DNA of 32,230 nt from Akkermansiaceae bacterium (lineage in GTDB: Bacteria; Verrucomicrobiota; Verrucomicrobiia; Verrucomicrobiales; Akkermansiaceae): assembly GCA_018676385.1 (NCBI GenBank), contig JABHEX010000319.1, positions 1 through 32,230 on the forward strand, in the 5' to 3' direction. A model generated the notes under the pieces. The model saw only the letters and a program-made list of their open reading frames with translations, was not told the origin of the DNA and made no database searches. The position numbers and the translations under genes are program-made. Within the stretch, counting starts at the first letter, position 1. The number at the start of each line of letters is the position of its first letter. This document shows, piece by piece, positions 1-8,623 of this stretch.

Positions 1-420
1 ACGGTTGCGAATCTTAAGTCGGCTCAGTAAGCGCAGGTGGATGTGGGCTGCGAGGCGTTTGCCCTGCTCACCGTAGTAGTAGGTTTCCACACCATGGTAT
101 CGGCTGCTTTTGTGAGCGTTGAAGTGGATACTGACAAATAGGGCATCTCGGTAGCGGTTGGCAATGGCGGCACGACCACTGAGTGAAATATAGACATCGC
201 TGCTACGGGTCATCGTGACGGGCATCTGACGATCCTTGAGAAGTGTAGCAACACGCTTAGCGACACTGAGTGCAAGATCCTTCTCGTAGACTTTACCTCG
301 GTTGGCACCTTTGTCTTTTCCTCCGTGCCCGGCATCGATGATCACACGCGAAACATCGCGTGCATGTGCTGACAAACCAAGGCTGAGCATGGTTAGGAGT
401 GATAGCAAGTAGCGCGACAC
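1..420 (-). CDS. N-acetylmuramoyl-L-alanine amidase (Amidase_3), 3' end runs off the window
   Basis: Not in the ORF track; translated by hand from GTG at 420 (an in-frame TTG at 450 is an alternative). A signal-like N-terminus is followed by IIDAGHGG, EKDLAL, TRSSDVYISLSGRAAIAN, FVSIHFNA and GVETYYY. Confidence 0.92.
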   Translation of the reverse strand, partial: MSRYLLSLLTMLSLGLSAHARDVSRVIIDAGHGGKDKGANRGKVYEKDLALSVAKRVATLLKDRQMPVTMTRSSDVYISLSGRAAIANRYRDALFVSIHFNAHKSSRYHGVETYYYGEQGKRLAAHIHLRLLSRLKIRNR

Positions 421-463
421 TGGATAAAGAAGATGAAGAGGAGAGGACAAAATTTAATCTCTA

Positions 464-491
464 AATTTACTGACTAAGACTCTGAAGTCAA
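464..491 (-). promoter_or_regulatory. sigma70-like promoter for the amidase
   Basis: TTGACT-N16-TAAATT on the minus strand. Confidence 0.45.
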
Positions 492-510
492 TCTGGAAGC
501 TTAGTGGTTC

Positions 511-1329
511 TTAACTATTTTTTTCTTCACCATCGAGTGCGTGTTCAAGCTCCCGACGCCATTGTTTAGAGAGGAGTGGTCTAATTAGACCGTAGATAAG
601 GTATAAGGAGAAAATTGCAGTAGGCGTGTACCAACGAGTTTCCTCATTGAGCATGAGAACGATAACGAGGGCTCCTAGTAGGATTCCCCAAAGTGTGCCT
701 CGAGTGTGAAAATCGACTTTTTTAAAACTCGGGTAGCGAAGGTTGCTGATCATCAGCCATGATAAAATCAACATGGTGCCGGCAAGTACCCAGTTCCAGT
801 AGCCGAGGTCATTACCCTGGTCGTTTTTGCTGAAAAAGATGAGTAGAAAAGTAACCGAAGCGATGAATCCAGCTGCCATAGGTATGGGAATGCCTCGAAA
901 GTCGTTTGATGCTTCGTCATTTTTGGGCATATTGGCGAGGCAATTAAATCGTGCGAGTCGCATTGCGCCACAAAGCAGGTAAATAAAGGCAATTGCCCAA
1001 CCTATTTTGCTAGGGAGGTTAAAAAGAACAGCTTTGGAGACAAGAAGCGCGGGTGCCATACCAAATGAAACGACGTCTGCGATAGAATCAAATTCTTGAC
1101 CGAAGGGTGATTCCTTGCCGCCCATACGAGCAAGCCTGCCGTCCAGCAGGTCAAATAGGCAAGATGCAAAAATTAACAGAATGGCTTTTTCGTAAAATGG
1201 GTAAGCGGCAGAAAAGTCGTTAAGTTTTATACCTTCAAAAATAGTCAGCGTGGCAAAAAACCCACAGCAGAGGTTACCTGCTGTCATCAGGTTTGGCAGG
1301 AGATAAATCTTGGGTTCGGAGGTGCTCAT
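511..1329 (-). CDS. pssA: CDP-diacylglycerol--serine O-phosphatidyltransferase
   Basis: LLPNLMT start; CDP-alcohol phosphotransferase motif DLLDGRLAR...GQEFDSIADVVSFG; RLARFN and FRGIPIP. Confidence 0.92.
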   Translation of the reverse strand: MSTSEPKIYLLPNLMTAGNLCCGFFATLTIFEGIKLNDFSAAYPFYEKAILLIFASCLFDLLDGRLARMGGKESPFGQEFDSIADVVSFGMAPALLVSKAVLFNLPSKIGWAIAFIYLLCGAMRLARFNCLANMPKNDEASNDFRGIPIPMAAGFIASVTFLLIFFSKNDQGNDLGYWNWVLAGTMLILSWLMISNLRYPSFKKVDFHTRGTLWGILLGALVIVLMLNEETRWYTPTAIFSLYLIYGLIRPLLSKQWRRELEHALDGEEKNS

Positions 1330-1371
1330 GGAGTGGGAGTAAAAGTTTGAAAATACTGACTGAATTATTAT

Positions 1372-2406
1372 CTACCTGCGGCTTCCTCGAAATTTATTCC
1401 GTGGGTCGCGTTCGTCATTGGTCGATTTATCACGATAGCGAAGAACACCGTAACGTTTAAGGTTACGTATGAATTCCTTAGCGTTGTTGCCTGTTTCTTG
1501 ATCGTAGGCAAGGGTGCCAATAAGACCATTTTTATTTTGCATCGCAGCCATAGTGTCTTCTGCACGGCTTGCAGCATTGCTGATGTTTTTAACTGCTGCG
1601 GGTATTTCAGCGAGGGCAGGTTTAATGCTTTTGATTTCATTACGTGCTTCGGTAATGAGGTGACTAGCATTTTCGGCAGCGTCCTTGAGGGTTGTCATTG
1701 TTTTGCGTGCCTCAATGACGGTAGGTTTTAGATCATGTGACATGCTTTTAATGTCACGACTAGACTCTTCAAAGTTTGCAATCGCCTTGGTGAAATTATC
1801 AATATTGTCCTTAGCAAGGACTTCATTGTTCACCTTGTTCATTGCAACATCTATGCTAGCACCGATTTTTTCCATCGAACTGAGAGCCTTGTCGATTTTT
1901 GAAAAGGTGACCTTGGCATCCTTGATGAGTTGGCTGGCATCGCGGGCAATATCTTCAGCATTGGATTTGATGGCATCAATTCCACCGGCGCCGATGCCAA
2001 TAATCGTATCGCCGGATTGATAGTATCCCTCGGTTTCATTATCTGGTGGGATAATCGCGATGAATTTGTCTCCTAAAAGACCAATTGACCCGATTTTAAA
2101 AGTTGAATCCAAAGGTATTCTAACATCATCTTTGATGCGTATCTCCATTTTTACAACACTTGAGGTGCTGCCGGTGAGCACTAACTCTGGGTGAGTGGCG
2201 ACGCGTCCTATCTTTGCACCCCGAAGCCGAACTTCGCTGTTTTTTATTATACCAGCGGTTTGTGGGAATTCTAAGAAGAGAGGATAGTGGCCCTTGAATC
2301 GATCACCAAAACGGCCAAATTCAACAATCAAGACGCCGAGTAGAAGCAACCCGATCAGGACAAAAAGTCCTGCGGTGCGCTGCTTGCTTTTTTCACGCGC
2401 GGCCAT
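1372..2406 (-). CDS. mlaD: MlaD/MCE-family protein with a long helical C-terminal region
   Basis: Single N-terminal TM; MCE motifs SEVRLRGAKIGRV and GLLGDKFIAI; coiled-coil-like tail. Confidence 0.85.
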   Translation of the reverse strand: MAAREKSKQRTAGLFVLIGLLLLGVLIVEFGRFGDRFKGHYPLFLEFPQTAGIIKNSEVRLRGAKIGRVATHPELVLTGSTSSVVKMEIRIKDDVRIPLDSTFKIGSIGLLGDKFIAIIPPDNETEGYYQSGDTIIGIGAGGIDAIKSNAEDIARDASQLIKDAKVTFSKIDKALSSMEKIGASIDVAMNKVNNEVLAKDNIDNFTKAIANFEESSRDIKSMSHDLKPTVIEARKTMTTLKDAAENASHLITEARNEIKSIKPALAEIPAAVKNISNAASRAEDTMAAMQNKNGLIGTLAYDQETGNNAKEFIRNLKRYGVLRYRDKSTNDERDPRNKFRGSRR

Positions 2407-2412
2407 AAAACC

Positions 2413-2441
2413 AGTATCTATTGTAAAGTAGTTTAGTTCAA
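2413..2441 (-). promoter_or_regulatory. putative leaderless promoter of mlaD
   Basis: TTGAAC-N17-GATACT-N6-ATG(2406). Confidence 0.45.
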
Positions 2442-2467
2442 GCTGTAATCATCAACGTGATATTTAA

Positions 2468-3244
2468 TCAATTGTCCCAATCGCCGTCACTTCCTGCGAT
2501 GAAGCGTGTGATGATGGGATCAGTACTGGCATGCATTTCATCGCAAGCTCCCTGCCAGTAAACCCTACCATTATACATGAAAACGATGCGGTCTGCGATA
2601 CGGAAAATACTACGTAGATCGTGGGTAATGACAACATTGGTAATGCCGTGATCATGCTGCAGGCATTTGATAAGTTTATCGATAGTGTCTGCGGTAACTG
2701 GATCAAGTCCGGCGTGTGGCTCATCATAGCAGATACACTCTGGGCGGTCGATGATGGCTCGAGCCAGTGCCACACGCTTTTTCATACCGCCTGATAGCTC
2801 GGATGGCATCATTTTCTCCTTACCATGAAGGCGAACAATTTTTAATGCCTCGCTAACACGACTATCAAGGTCGGCGTCATCTCTGATACCTCTCTCGATA
2901 AGGGGAAAAGCAACATTTTGTTCAACGCTCATCGAATCAAAAAGAGCACCATTCTGAAACATCATTCCAATTTTTTTTCGGATCAATGAGAGAGCGCGTT
3001 CGGAGAGGCCGGAGAGTTCAATACCATCAATTTGCACACTGCCTGACTCGAACTCGAGTAGCGCTAGTATATGTTTTACAAGCACTGTCTTGCCGCCGCC
3101 TGAGGCTCCAACCAGGCATACAGTCTCACCACGATAAATATCAAGATCGACACCACGAAGAACGTGAGCATCACCAAAATGCTTATGTAATCCACGAATG
3201 CTGATTAATGGTTCCAAATTTGGTGATAGAGTATTATTCATCAC
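2468..3244 (-). CDS. mlaF: ABC transporter ATP-binding protein, MlaF/Mkl family
   Basis: Walker A GASGGGKT; FQNGALFDSMSV; LSGGMKKRVALARA; YDEPHAGLDP; adjacent to an MCE gene. Confidence 0.88.
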   Translation of the reverse strand: MMNNTLSPNLEPLISIRGLHKHFGDAHVLRGVDLDIYRGETVCLVGASGGGKTVLVKHILALLEFESGSVQIDGIELSGLSERALSLIRKKIGMMFQNGALFDSMSVEQNVAFPLIERGIRDDADLDSRVSEALKIVRLHGKEKMMPSELSGGMKKRVALARAIIDRPECICYDEPHAGLDPVTADTIDKLIKCLQHDHGITNVVITHDLRSIFRIADRIVFMYNGRVYWQGACDEMHASTDPIITRFIAGSDGDWDN

Positions 3245-3303
3245 ACAATGAGAAGTATGAGAAAAGATATAAGATGCAAGACGGAAGATATTGCATGTGA
3301 TGG

Positions 3304-4293
3304 CTATCTCCGTAATGCGTCAAATCCACAGAAGATTTTGGAGCGCTCTGGTGGGCGGGAAGGTACGGACTCGTTGTTGTTGAGAAACTCTCTGCACGTC
3401 AGGTGAAATGTGTCTGCGCTGGTGACGCGGCGAATTTGATGTTCAAATGCGTCGTCAATCCCTTGTGCGATGTAGATAAGATATTTTTTCATGCGGTGCA
3501 CATGTTTGGTCTCATCAAAATCAGATGTTTGAGTGGCTATTTCCTGATAGAGAAGGGTTATGTATTCCAAGAGGTCGGAACGGAGAACTTGTTTAATAGA
3601 TTGGTTAGCAATAGCCGCTCTAAGTTGGCTGAAAATCCATGGGCTACGTATTGCACCTCGGCCGATCATTAGGCCTTGTGCATTCGTCTTTTCTAACAAT
3701 CCAATACCTGTCTCCACGTCGACAACGTTGCCATTAGCGATGACTGGGCAGGACATCTTTTCTGCCGCGTGGCGAATACAATCCGTGTGAATGGGTGTCT
3801 GATAGCGCTCCCGAACAGATCGTCCATGGATCGTGAGGGTATCGAGGTCGTGTCGTCGGAAAATTTCTAGTAATTGTATAAACTCATGGTGTGACTCAAA
3901 TCCCAAGCGCGTTTTGACGGTGAATTTACCTGGGATGCTATCACGTAAAGCCGCGATGATATCTTCAGTTTTTTCTGGCTTACGTAGCAGTCCTCCGCCG
4001 GCATCTTTGCGGCATACGACGGGTGCGGGACAACCGAGGTTTAGATCGATGCCAGCGATTGGGTATTGTAATAATTCTTTTGCGATGCGCTTCAGCGCGG
4101 GGATATCTTGCCCTATGAGCTGTGCGTAGACTGGGCGGCCAGTATTATTTTCTGTGATACTTCGCAGTATTTTTTTCTCTATTGTGTAGTCAGCATGTAC
4201 ACGAAAATACTCGGTGACAAAATAGTCTGGACCACCAAATTGCTGCATTACGCGCATGAACGCCAAGTCGGTTACATCCTGCATTGGTGCCAA
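3304..4293 (-). CDS. tRNA-dihydrouridine synthase family protein (true start possibly ATT at 4329)
   Basis: LAPM, DLNLGCP, TVKTRLG, TIHGR, IANGNV and MIGRGA motifs of Dus. Confidence 0.92.
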   Translation of the reverse strand: MAPMQDVTDLAFMRVMQQFGGPDYFVTEYFRVHADYTIEKKILRSITENNTGRPVYAQLIGQDIPALKRIAKELLQYPIAGIDLNLGCPAPVVCRKDAGGGLLRKPEKTEDIIAALRDSIPGKFTVKTRLGFESHHEFIQLLEIFRRHDLDTLTIHGRSVRERYQTPIHTDCIRHAAEKMSCPVIANGNVVDVETGIGLLEKTNAQGLMIGRGAIRSPWIFSQLRAAIANQSIKQVLRSDLLEYITLLYQEIATQTSDFDETKHVHRMKKYLIYIAQGIDDAFEHQIRRVTSADTFHLTCREFLNNNESVPSRPPERSKIFCGFDALRR

Positions 4294-4361
4294 CGCGAGT
4301 AGAGGAATATGGGGTGTTAAGTTTTGAATATTTTTATTCTAACAGGTTAAAGTTTGCCGAC

Positions 4362-5204
4362 TTATTCGGTTAAGTATGCGCTGATACGATCGCGCGTGAT
4401 TTTAAGATATTTTTCATCAATATCAAATCCTGTGTAGGACGCGATGCCGGAGCGAATGGCGGCAACGGCGGATGTGCCGATGCCATTAAAGGGATCCAAT
4501 AGGCGTGTCCTTGAGCCTTCTCCATGGATTCGAACACACTGCTCAACGAGGGCGATTGGAAATGTTGCTGGGTGTGGTCTTTCTTTGTCGCGGTTTTGGA
4601 TGGTATCATAGGGAATAAACCATGTGTTGCCACGGCAACGTTTATCCTTACCGCCTGTGTGCCCCCAGCGATTGATATTAGATTTGTCAACGTAGGGGAC
4701 CCCTGCGCTGCGACGGTCTAGAGGAACAGCTCCTGATTTCGTCAGGTGAAAAACATATTCGTGGCAGTCGTTTACGTATCGGTTGCTATTGATGGGTTTA
4801 AAGTGTCCAGCGCTGACCGTGTCGCCATTTTTGGTTTCAATGGAGATGGACTTGATCCAGTGAAAGGTGTTTTGGAGCGTGAAGACAGGCGTGTCTCCTC
4901 CGGTGGCTTCTGTGAGAGCGAGAATGAGCTGATGCGGGAGTAGGGGGTTACTGGGGGCGGCGCCAACGTTTAGGAATAGAGAAGCATCTTCTGTCATGAC
5001 GCGTCTCACTGCACGTGACCAATCCAAGCACCAGCTAATAAAAGCGGTGCGGTCGCTGGTATCCTTGTAGGTTGTGTAATCTATACCCAGATTATAAGGT
5101 GGTGATGTTACCACTAGATCGATAGTTTCTGCCTCCATTTGACGCATGCCCTCGAGGCAATCAAGTAGGTGTAGCTGAATATCGGTTTTCATTGCCCCTG
5201 GCAT
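4362..5204 (-). CDS. orphan site-specific DNA methyltransferase, beta class, probably N4-cytosine
   Basis: Motif IV DLVVTSPPY precedes HPATFP and motif I DPFNGIGTS (beta order); no endonuclease-like neighbour; alternative start at 5192. Confidence 0.9.
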   Translation of the reverse strand: MPGAMKTDIQLHLLDCLEGMRQMEAETIDLVVTSPPYNLGIDYTTYKDTSDRTAFISWCLDWSRAVRRVMTEDASLFLNVGAAPSNPLLPHQLILALTEATGGDTPVFTLQNTFHWIKSISIETKNGDTVSAGHFKPINSNRYVNDCHEYVFHLTKSGAVPLDRRSAGVPYVDKSNINRWGHTGGKDKRCRGNTWFIPYDTIQNRDKERPHPATFPIALVEQCVRIHGEGSRTRLLDPFNGIGTSAVAAIRSGIASYTGFDIDEKYLKITRDRISAYLTE

Positions 5205-5264
5205 GCAGTAAGCATGAACAGATTAATAACTTAAAGAGAAGCAGAGATTTTGATAGCTGCGAGA

Positions 5265-5316
5265 TCATACGCTCGTTTAAAATAGTTGTTGACCTTACTG
5301 TGATTGATCGTTTGAA
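5265..5316. promoter_or_regulatory. candidate TetR (PsrA-type) operators
   Basis: Imperfect palindrome TCATACGCTCGTTTAA (5265-5280) plus a half-site GATCGTTTGAA (5306-5316) upstream of the TetR gene. Confidence 0.4.
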
Positions 5317-5326
5317 TAATTTTCCC

Positions 5327-5962
5327 GTGGATACGAGAGAGCAAATTCTGGATGCGGCGTGGAATCTTTTTGCTGAAAAAGGCTTTGAGGATGTATCCGT
5401 ACGTGACGTAACAACTGCTGCCGGTGTTAATCTGGCGAGCGTTAGTTATCACTTTGGAGGCAAAGAGGGCCTGATTCAGGAGGCAGTTAAACGTTGTATG
5501 AATCCGATTAACCAGTATCGGATTAAGCTGCTTAATGAGGCGATTACTGACTATGGCACCATAGAGAAAGTTCCACTTGAACGGGTGATGACCTGTTTTA
5601 TGCGCCCTGTGGTCTTGCCTGAAGAGTGTGGTGTCAGAGCTGGTCTGATGCTACGTCTTGTTGCGCGTTACTTAATTGAGAGTGATTACACAATCCCAGC
5701 CGTTAGTCGCCATCTTTACACTGAAGTTTTCCAAGCGTTTACACGAGCATTTCTGGTGCATTATCCAAGCCTATCACCAATTCAAATTGTGAAGCATATT
5801 GTATTCGCCTCAGGAACGGTGGTCTATTACCATGGTTTGGGTAAACTCGCGTTGCAGCTTAGTGCAGGTGATCAAGGAGAGGTGGAAAACATTAACCGTG
5901 AGGAAATGCTTAATGAGATCGTTGGGTTCACGATACACGGCTTTGGTGGTAAGGTTGAATAA
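5327..5962 (+). CDS. TetR/AcrR family regulator (PsrA-like)
   Basis: TREQILDAAWNLFAEKGFEDVSVRDVTTAAGVNLASVSYHFGGKEGL HTH. Start moved to GTG 5327 because the ORF-track start overlaps the MTase. Confidence 0.9.
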   Translation: MDTREQILDAAWNLFAEKGFEDVSVRDVTTAAGVNLASVSYHFGGKEGLIQEAVKRCMNPINQYRIKLLNEAITDYGTIEKVPLERVMTCFMRPVVLPEECGVRAGLMLRLVARYLIESDYTIPAVSRHLYTEVFQAFTRAFLVHYPSLSPIQIVKHIVFASGTVVYYHGLGKLALQLSAGDQGEVENINREEMLNEIVGFTIHGFGGKVE

Positions 5963-5970
5963 ATTTGGTA

Positions 5971-6393
5971 ATGTTGGATAAGGGATGCGAGAAGATTGTG
6001 GAGTCACCGGAGGCGATGGTTGCTCTCGGTGAGACGGTTGGTCGTAGTCTTCAATTGGGTGATTTTCTGGCCTTGCGTGGTGGATTAGGTGCTGGGAAAA
6101 CCCACTTTACCAAGGGGGTGGTAGCCGGTCTTGGATGTAAAGAGATGGTTACAAGCCCAACGTTTACCTTGGCCCATGAATACATAGGTGGCAGGCTATC
6201 GGTATTTCATTTTGATTTCTACCGCATGGAAACCGAAGACGAGTTGCTGCGTATCGGTTGGGATGAGTATCTGGACGAAAACGGAATTGTCGTAGTCGAG
6301 TGGGCAAACAAATTTCCAGATTTTATTCCAGATCATGCGATTTGGTTAGAATTTGAGGTAAAGGGTGAAACTAGAGTGGTTAGGTTTAAGTGA
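5971..6393 (+). CDS. tsaE: t6A37 threonylcarbamoyltransferase complex ATPase
   Basis: GGLGAGKT P-loop, VTSPTFTL, HFDFYR, VVEW. Confidence 0.95.
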   Translation: MLDKGCEKIVESPEAMVALGETVGRSLQLGDFLALRGGLGAGKTHFTKGVVAGLGCKEMVTSPTFTLAHEYIGGRLSVFHFDFYRMETEDELLRIGWDEYLDENGIVVVEWANKFPDFIPDHAIWLEFEVKGETRVVRFK

Positions 6394-6423
6394 GAGCGTT
6401 TCTTGTCAGTCATTCTATCATGG

Positions 6424-6452
6424 TTGTTTTTATTTGTGGGCGTGATTAAGAT
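6424..6452 (+). promoter_or_regulatory. putative leaderless promoter of truA
   Basis: TTGTTT-N17-TAAGAT-N6-GTG(6459). Confidence 0.5.
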
Positions 6453-6458
6453 ACCTGT

Positions 6459-7217
6459 GTGCGACTGAAATTAACGATAGCCTACGATGGCAGGCCATAT
6501 TCTGGTTGGGCCAAACAACCGGATGGGAATACGGTTCAGGATCTTATGCATAAAGCGATATCCGAGGTGGCTAAACAAGACGTCAGTGTCCACGGATCAG
6601 GTCGGACAGATGCAGGTGTACATGCTTCAGGGCAAGTGGCGCACTTTGATGCGCCTGATGGTATGCGTATGAATCCATTTAATTGGGTGCCGGCGGTGAA
6701 TACTAAATTGCCGGCAACGATCCGCGCTATTGCGTGCGAGGAGGTAACCGAAGATTTTCACGCACGGTTTAGCGCTGTGAGCAAGACCTACACATATGAC
6801 CTATGTCTTGCGCCAGTATTACCTCCTCTGATGGCGGGATTGGCATGGCATCTGCCTCGTCAGCTCGATCCGGAAACTTTGAAGCAAGCACTTGAAATTC
6901 TCCAAGGTGAGCATGATTTTCGTGCTTTTGCTGCCATGCGAGGAAACGAGACTAATGAGACAAGCTATCGCCGCATACTAGAGAATACGGAATTACATGC
7001 AACCGCACACGGATACCGTATCATTTTTACGGGTAATGGATTTTTATATAAAATGGCACGCTTACTGACGGGATCGGCTGTCTATGCCGCGCAGGGGCGA
7101 TTGAGGCTTGATGATCTTACGGATCTCCTGGATCAGCCCTCGGATCTCCCTTGTGGTCGCGCGCCATACTGTGCACCGCCTGACGGATTGGTGTTAGATC
7201 ACGTTGTTTACCCATAA
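6459..7217 (+). CDS. truA: tRNA pseudouridine(38-40) synthase
   Basis: AYDG..YSGW, GSGRTDAGVHA, FHARFSA, GNGFLYKM, APPDGLVL. Confidence 0.95.
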   Translation: MRLKLTIAYDGRPYSGWAKQPDGNTVQDLMHKAISEVAKQDVSVHGSGRTDAGVHASGQVAHFDAPDGMRMNPFNWVPAVNTKLPATIRAIACEEVTEDFHARFSAVSKTYTYDLCLAPVLPPLMAGLAWHLPRQLDPETLKQALEILQGEHDFRAFAAMRGNETNETSYRRILENTELHATAHGYRIIFTGNGFLYKMARLLTGSAVYAAQGRLRLDDLTDLLDQPSDLPCGRAPYCAPPDGLVLDHVVYP

Positions 7218-7251
7218 AAAAAACGCGGCATAGCCATCAGGCCACACCGCG
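7216..7251 (-). terminator. intrinsic terminator of the aminotransferase gene (convergent with truA)
   Basis: Minus strand CGCGGTGTGGCC-TGAT-GGCTATGCCGCG followed by T8. Confidence 0.8.
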
Positions 7252-7277
7252 GTAATAATCTAAATTTTGTAATGCTT

Positions 7278-8444
7278 TTAGTGCGCTTTGCAGAATTCCT
7301 CAAATCGGGTTAGCCCTTCGTTGAGCACATCAAGCGTTGTGCAATAGCTAATACGAATGCTGTAATCGTTTCCAAATGCAATACCTGGAACGGCGGCAAC
7401 ACGGTAACGGTTGAGTAGCTTATCGCAGAGGTTGACGGACTTAAGCCCAAGCTGCTCGGTATCTACAAGGAAGTAAAAAGCGCCTTGGGGCTCCGTGACC
7501 TTGATGTTGGGAATCGCATTGAGACGCGCGAGGACAAATTGACGGCGCACATCGTATTCTGCATTTAGGTCTTTAATAAAATCCTTACCGCCATCAAGGG
7601 CTGCGACAGCGCCATACTGTGCGAAGCTAGTTGCGTTCGATGTTGTGTGTCCCTGGATACGCGACATGGCGCCTGCAAGCTCGGTGGGTGCGGCGGTATA
7701 TCCAATCCGCCATCCGGTCATAGAGTATGCTTTGGAAAATCCGTTTACGGTAATTGTTAGGTTGTAGAGATCCTTGCTCAGTGAGGCGATGCTGGTGTGC
7801 TTTGTTTCACCGTATACAAGATGTTCATAAATTTCATCGGAGAGGATAATGATATCCTCGTAGAGAGCCACTTCACCGATGGCGAGAAGCTCTTCAGCCG
7901 AATATACCGAGCCGGTAGGATTGCCCGGCGAGTTGATGATAATCATCTTTGTTAAGCCGCTCATATTTTCCTCGAACTGCTCAGGCGTGATCTTCCAGTT
8001 GTTTTCTGCGGTTGTTTCGACAAGCACGGGCACACCACCAGCGAGTCGGACCATTTCTGGGTAGCTGACCCAGTAGGGTGAGGGAATAATAACCTCATCG
8101 CCTTCCTCTACGACGGCGAGAATGGCGTTGAAGCAGGATTGTTTGGCGCCGCTGTTAACCACAATCTGGCGGGGATCATACTCGATGCCGTTGTCTTCCT
8201 TGAGTTTGTTGGCGATGGCCTCACGCAGTTCGGGGATTCCGGCTGCGGGAGTGTATTTAGTTTTACCTTGAGCAAGTGCATCGATGGCAGCCTGCTTGAT
8301 GAAATCTGGGGTGTCTTGATCTGGTTCACCACCGGCAAGTCCGTAAACTTCTTCGCCACGTGCCTTCATGGCTTTGGCTTGGTTAGTGACCGATAATGTT
8401 AGCGAGGGGGCGACGTTTGCTACGCGGGCTGAAATGGAGTCCAT
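7278..8444 (-). CDS. aspC: PLP-dependent aspartate aminotransferase (class I/II)
   Basis: GEPD, KYTPAAGIPELREAIA, NSPGNPTG, SDEIY, SKAYSMTGWRIG. Confidence 0.88.
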   Translation of the reverse strand: MDSISARVANVAPSLTLSVTNQAKAMKARGEEVYGLAGGEPDQDTPDFIKQAAIDALAQGKTKYTPAAGIPELREAIANKLKEDNGIEYDPRQIVVNSGAKQSCFNAILAVVEEGDEVIIPSPYWVSYPEMVRLAGGVPVLVETTAENNWKITPEQFEENMSGLTKMIIINSPGNPTGSVYSAEELLAIGEVALYEDIIILSDEIYEHLVYGETKHTSIASLSKDLYNLTITVNGFSKAYSMTGWRIGYTAAPTELAGAMSRIQGHTTSNATSFAQYGAVAALDGGKDFIKDLNAEYDVRRQFVLARLNAIPNIKVTEPQGAFYFLVDTEQLGLKSVNLCDKLLNRYRVAAVPGIAFGNDYSIRISYCTTLDVLNEGLTRFEEFCKAH

Positions 8445-8623
8445 GGTTGTTTTTGGTGATGCTAATAGTGGTAATAAGGTCTAAATGAGACTAATCACGT
8501 CCCGAAACGGGGGACACTGGTGATTTCCACGGGCACCCCCCTTCGGAGCGATGGGGACTGATAACGGATAGTTGATTCGATGCAAGTCTAATGCAGTAAG
8601 TTTAAGAAAATTTTTGGATATTA

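Noticed and set aside
5192-5326. Long N-terminal extension of TetR given in the ORF track (likewise ruvX 12579, SASA 20241, DUF1553 29138)
   Set aside because: The extensions overlap neighbouring genes or promoters, or add non-signal sequence; downstream starts fit the domain and signal-peptide boundaries.
4362-5962. Restriction-modification system with a controller protein
   Set aside because: No endonuclease ORF nearby; the neighbour is a full TetR, not a C-protein.
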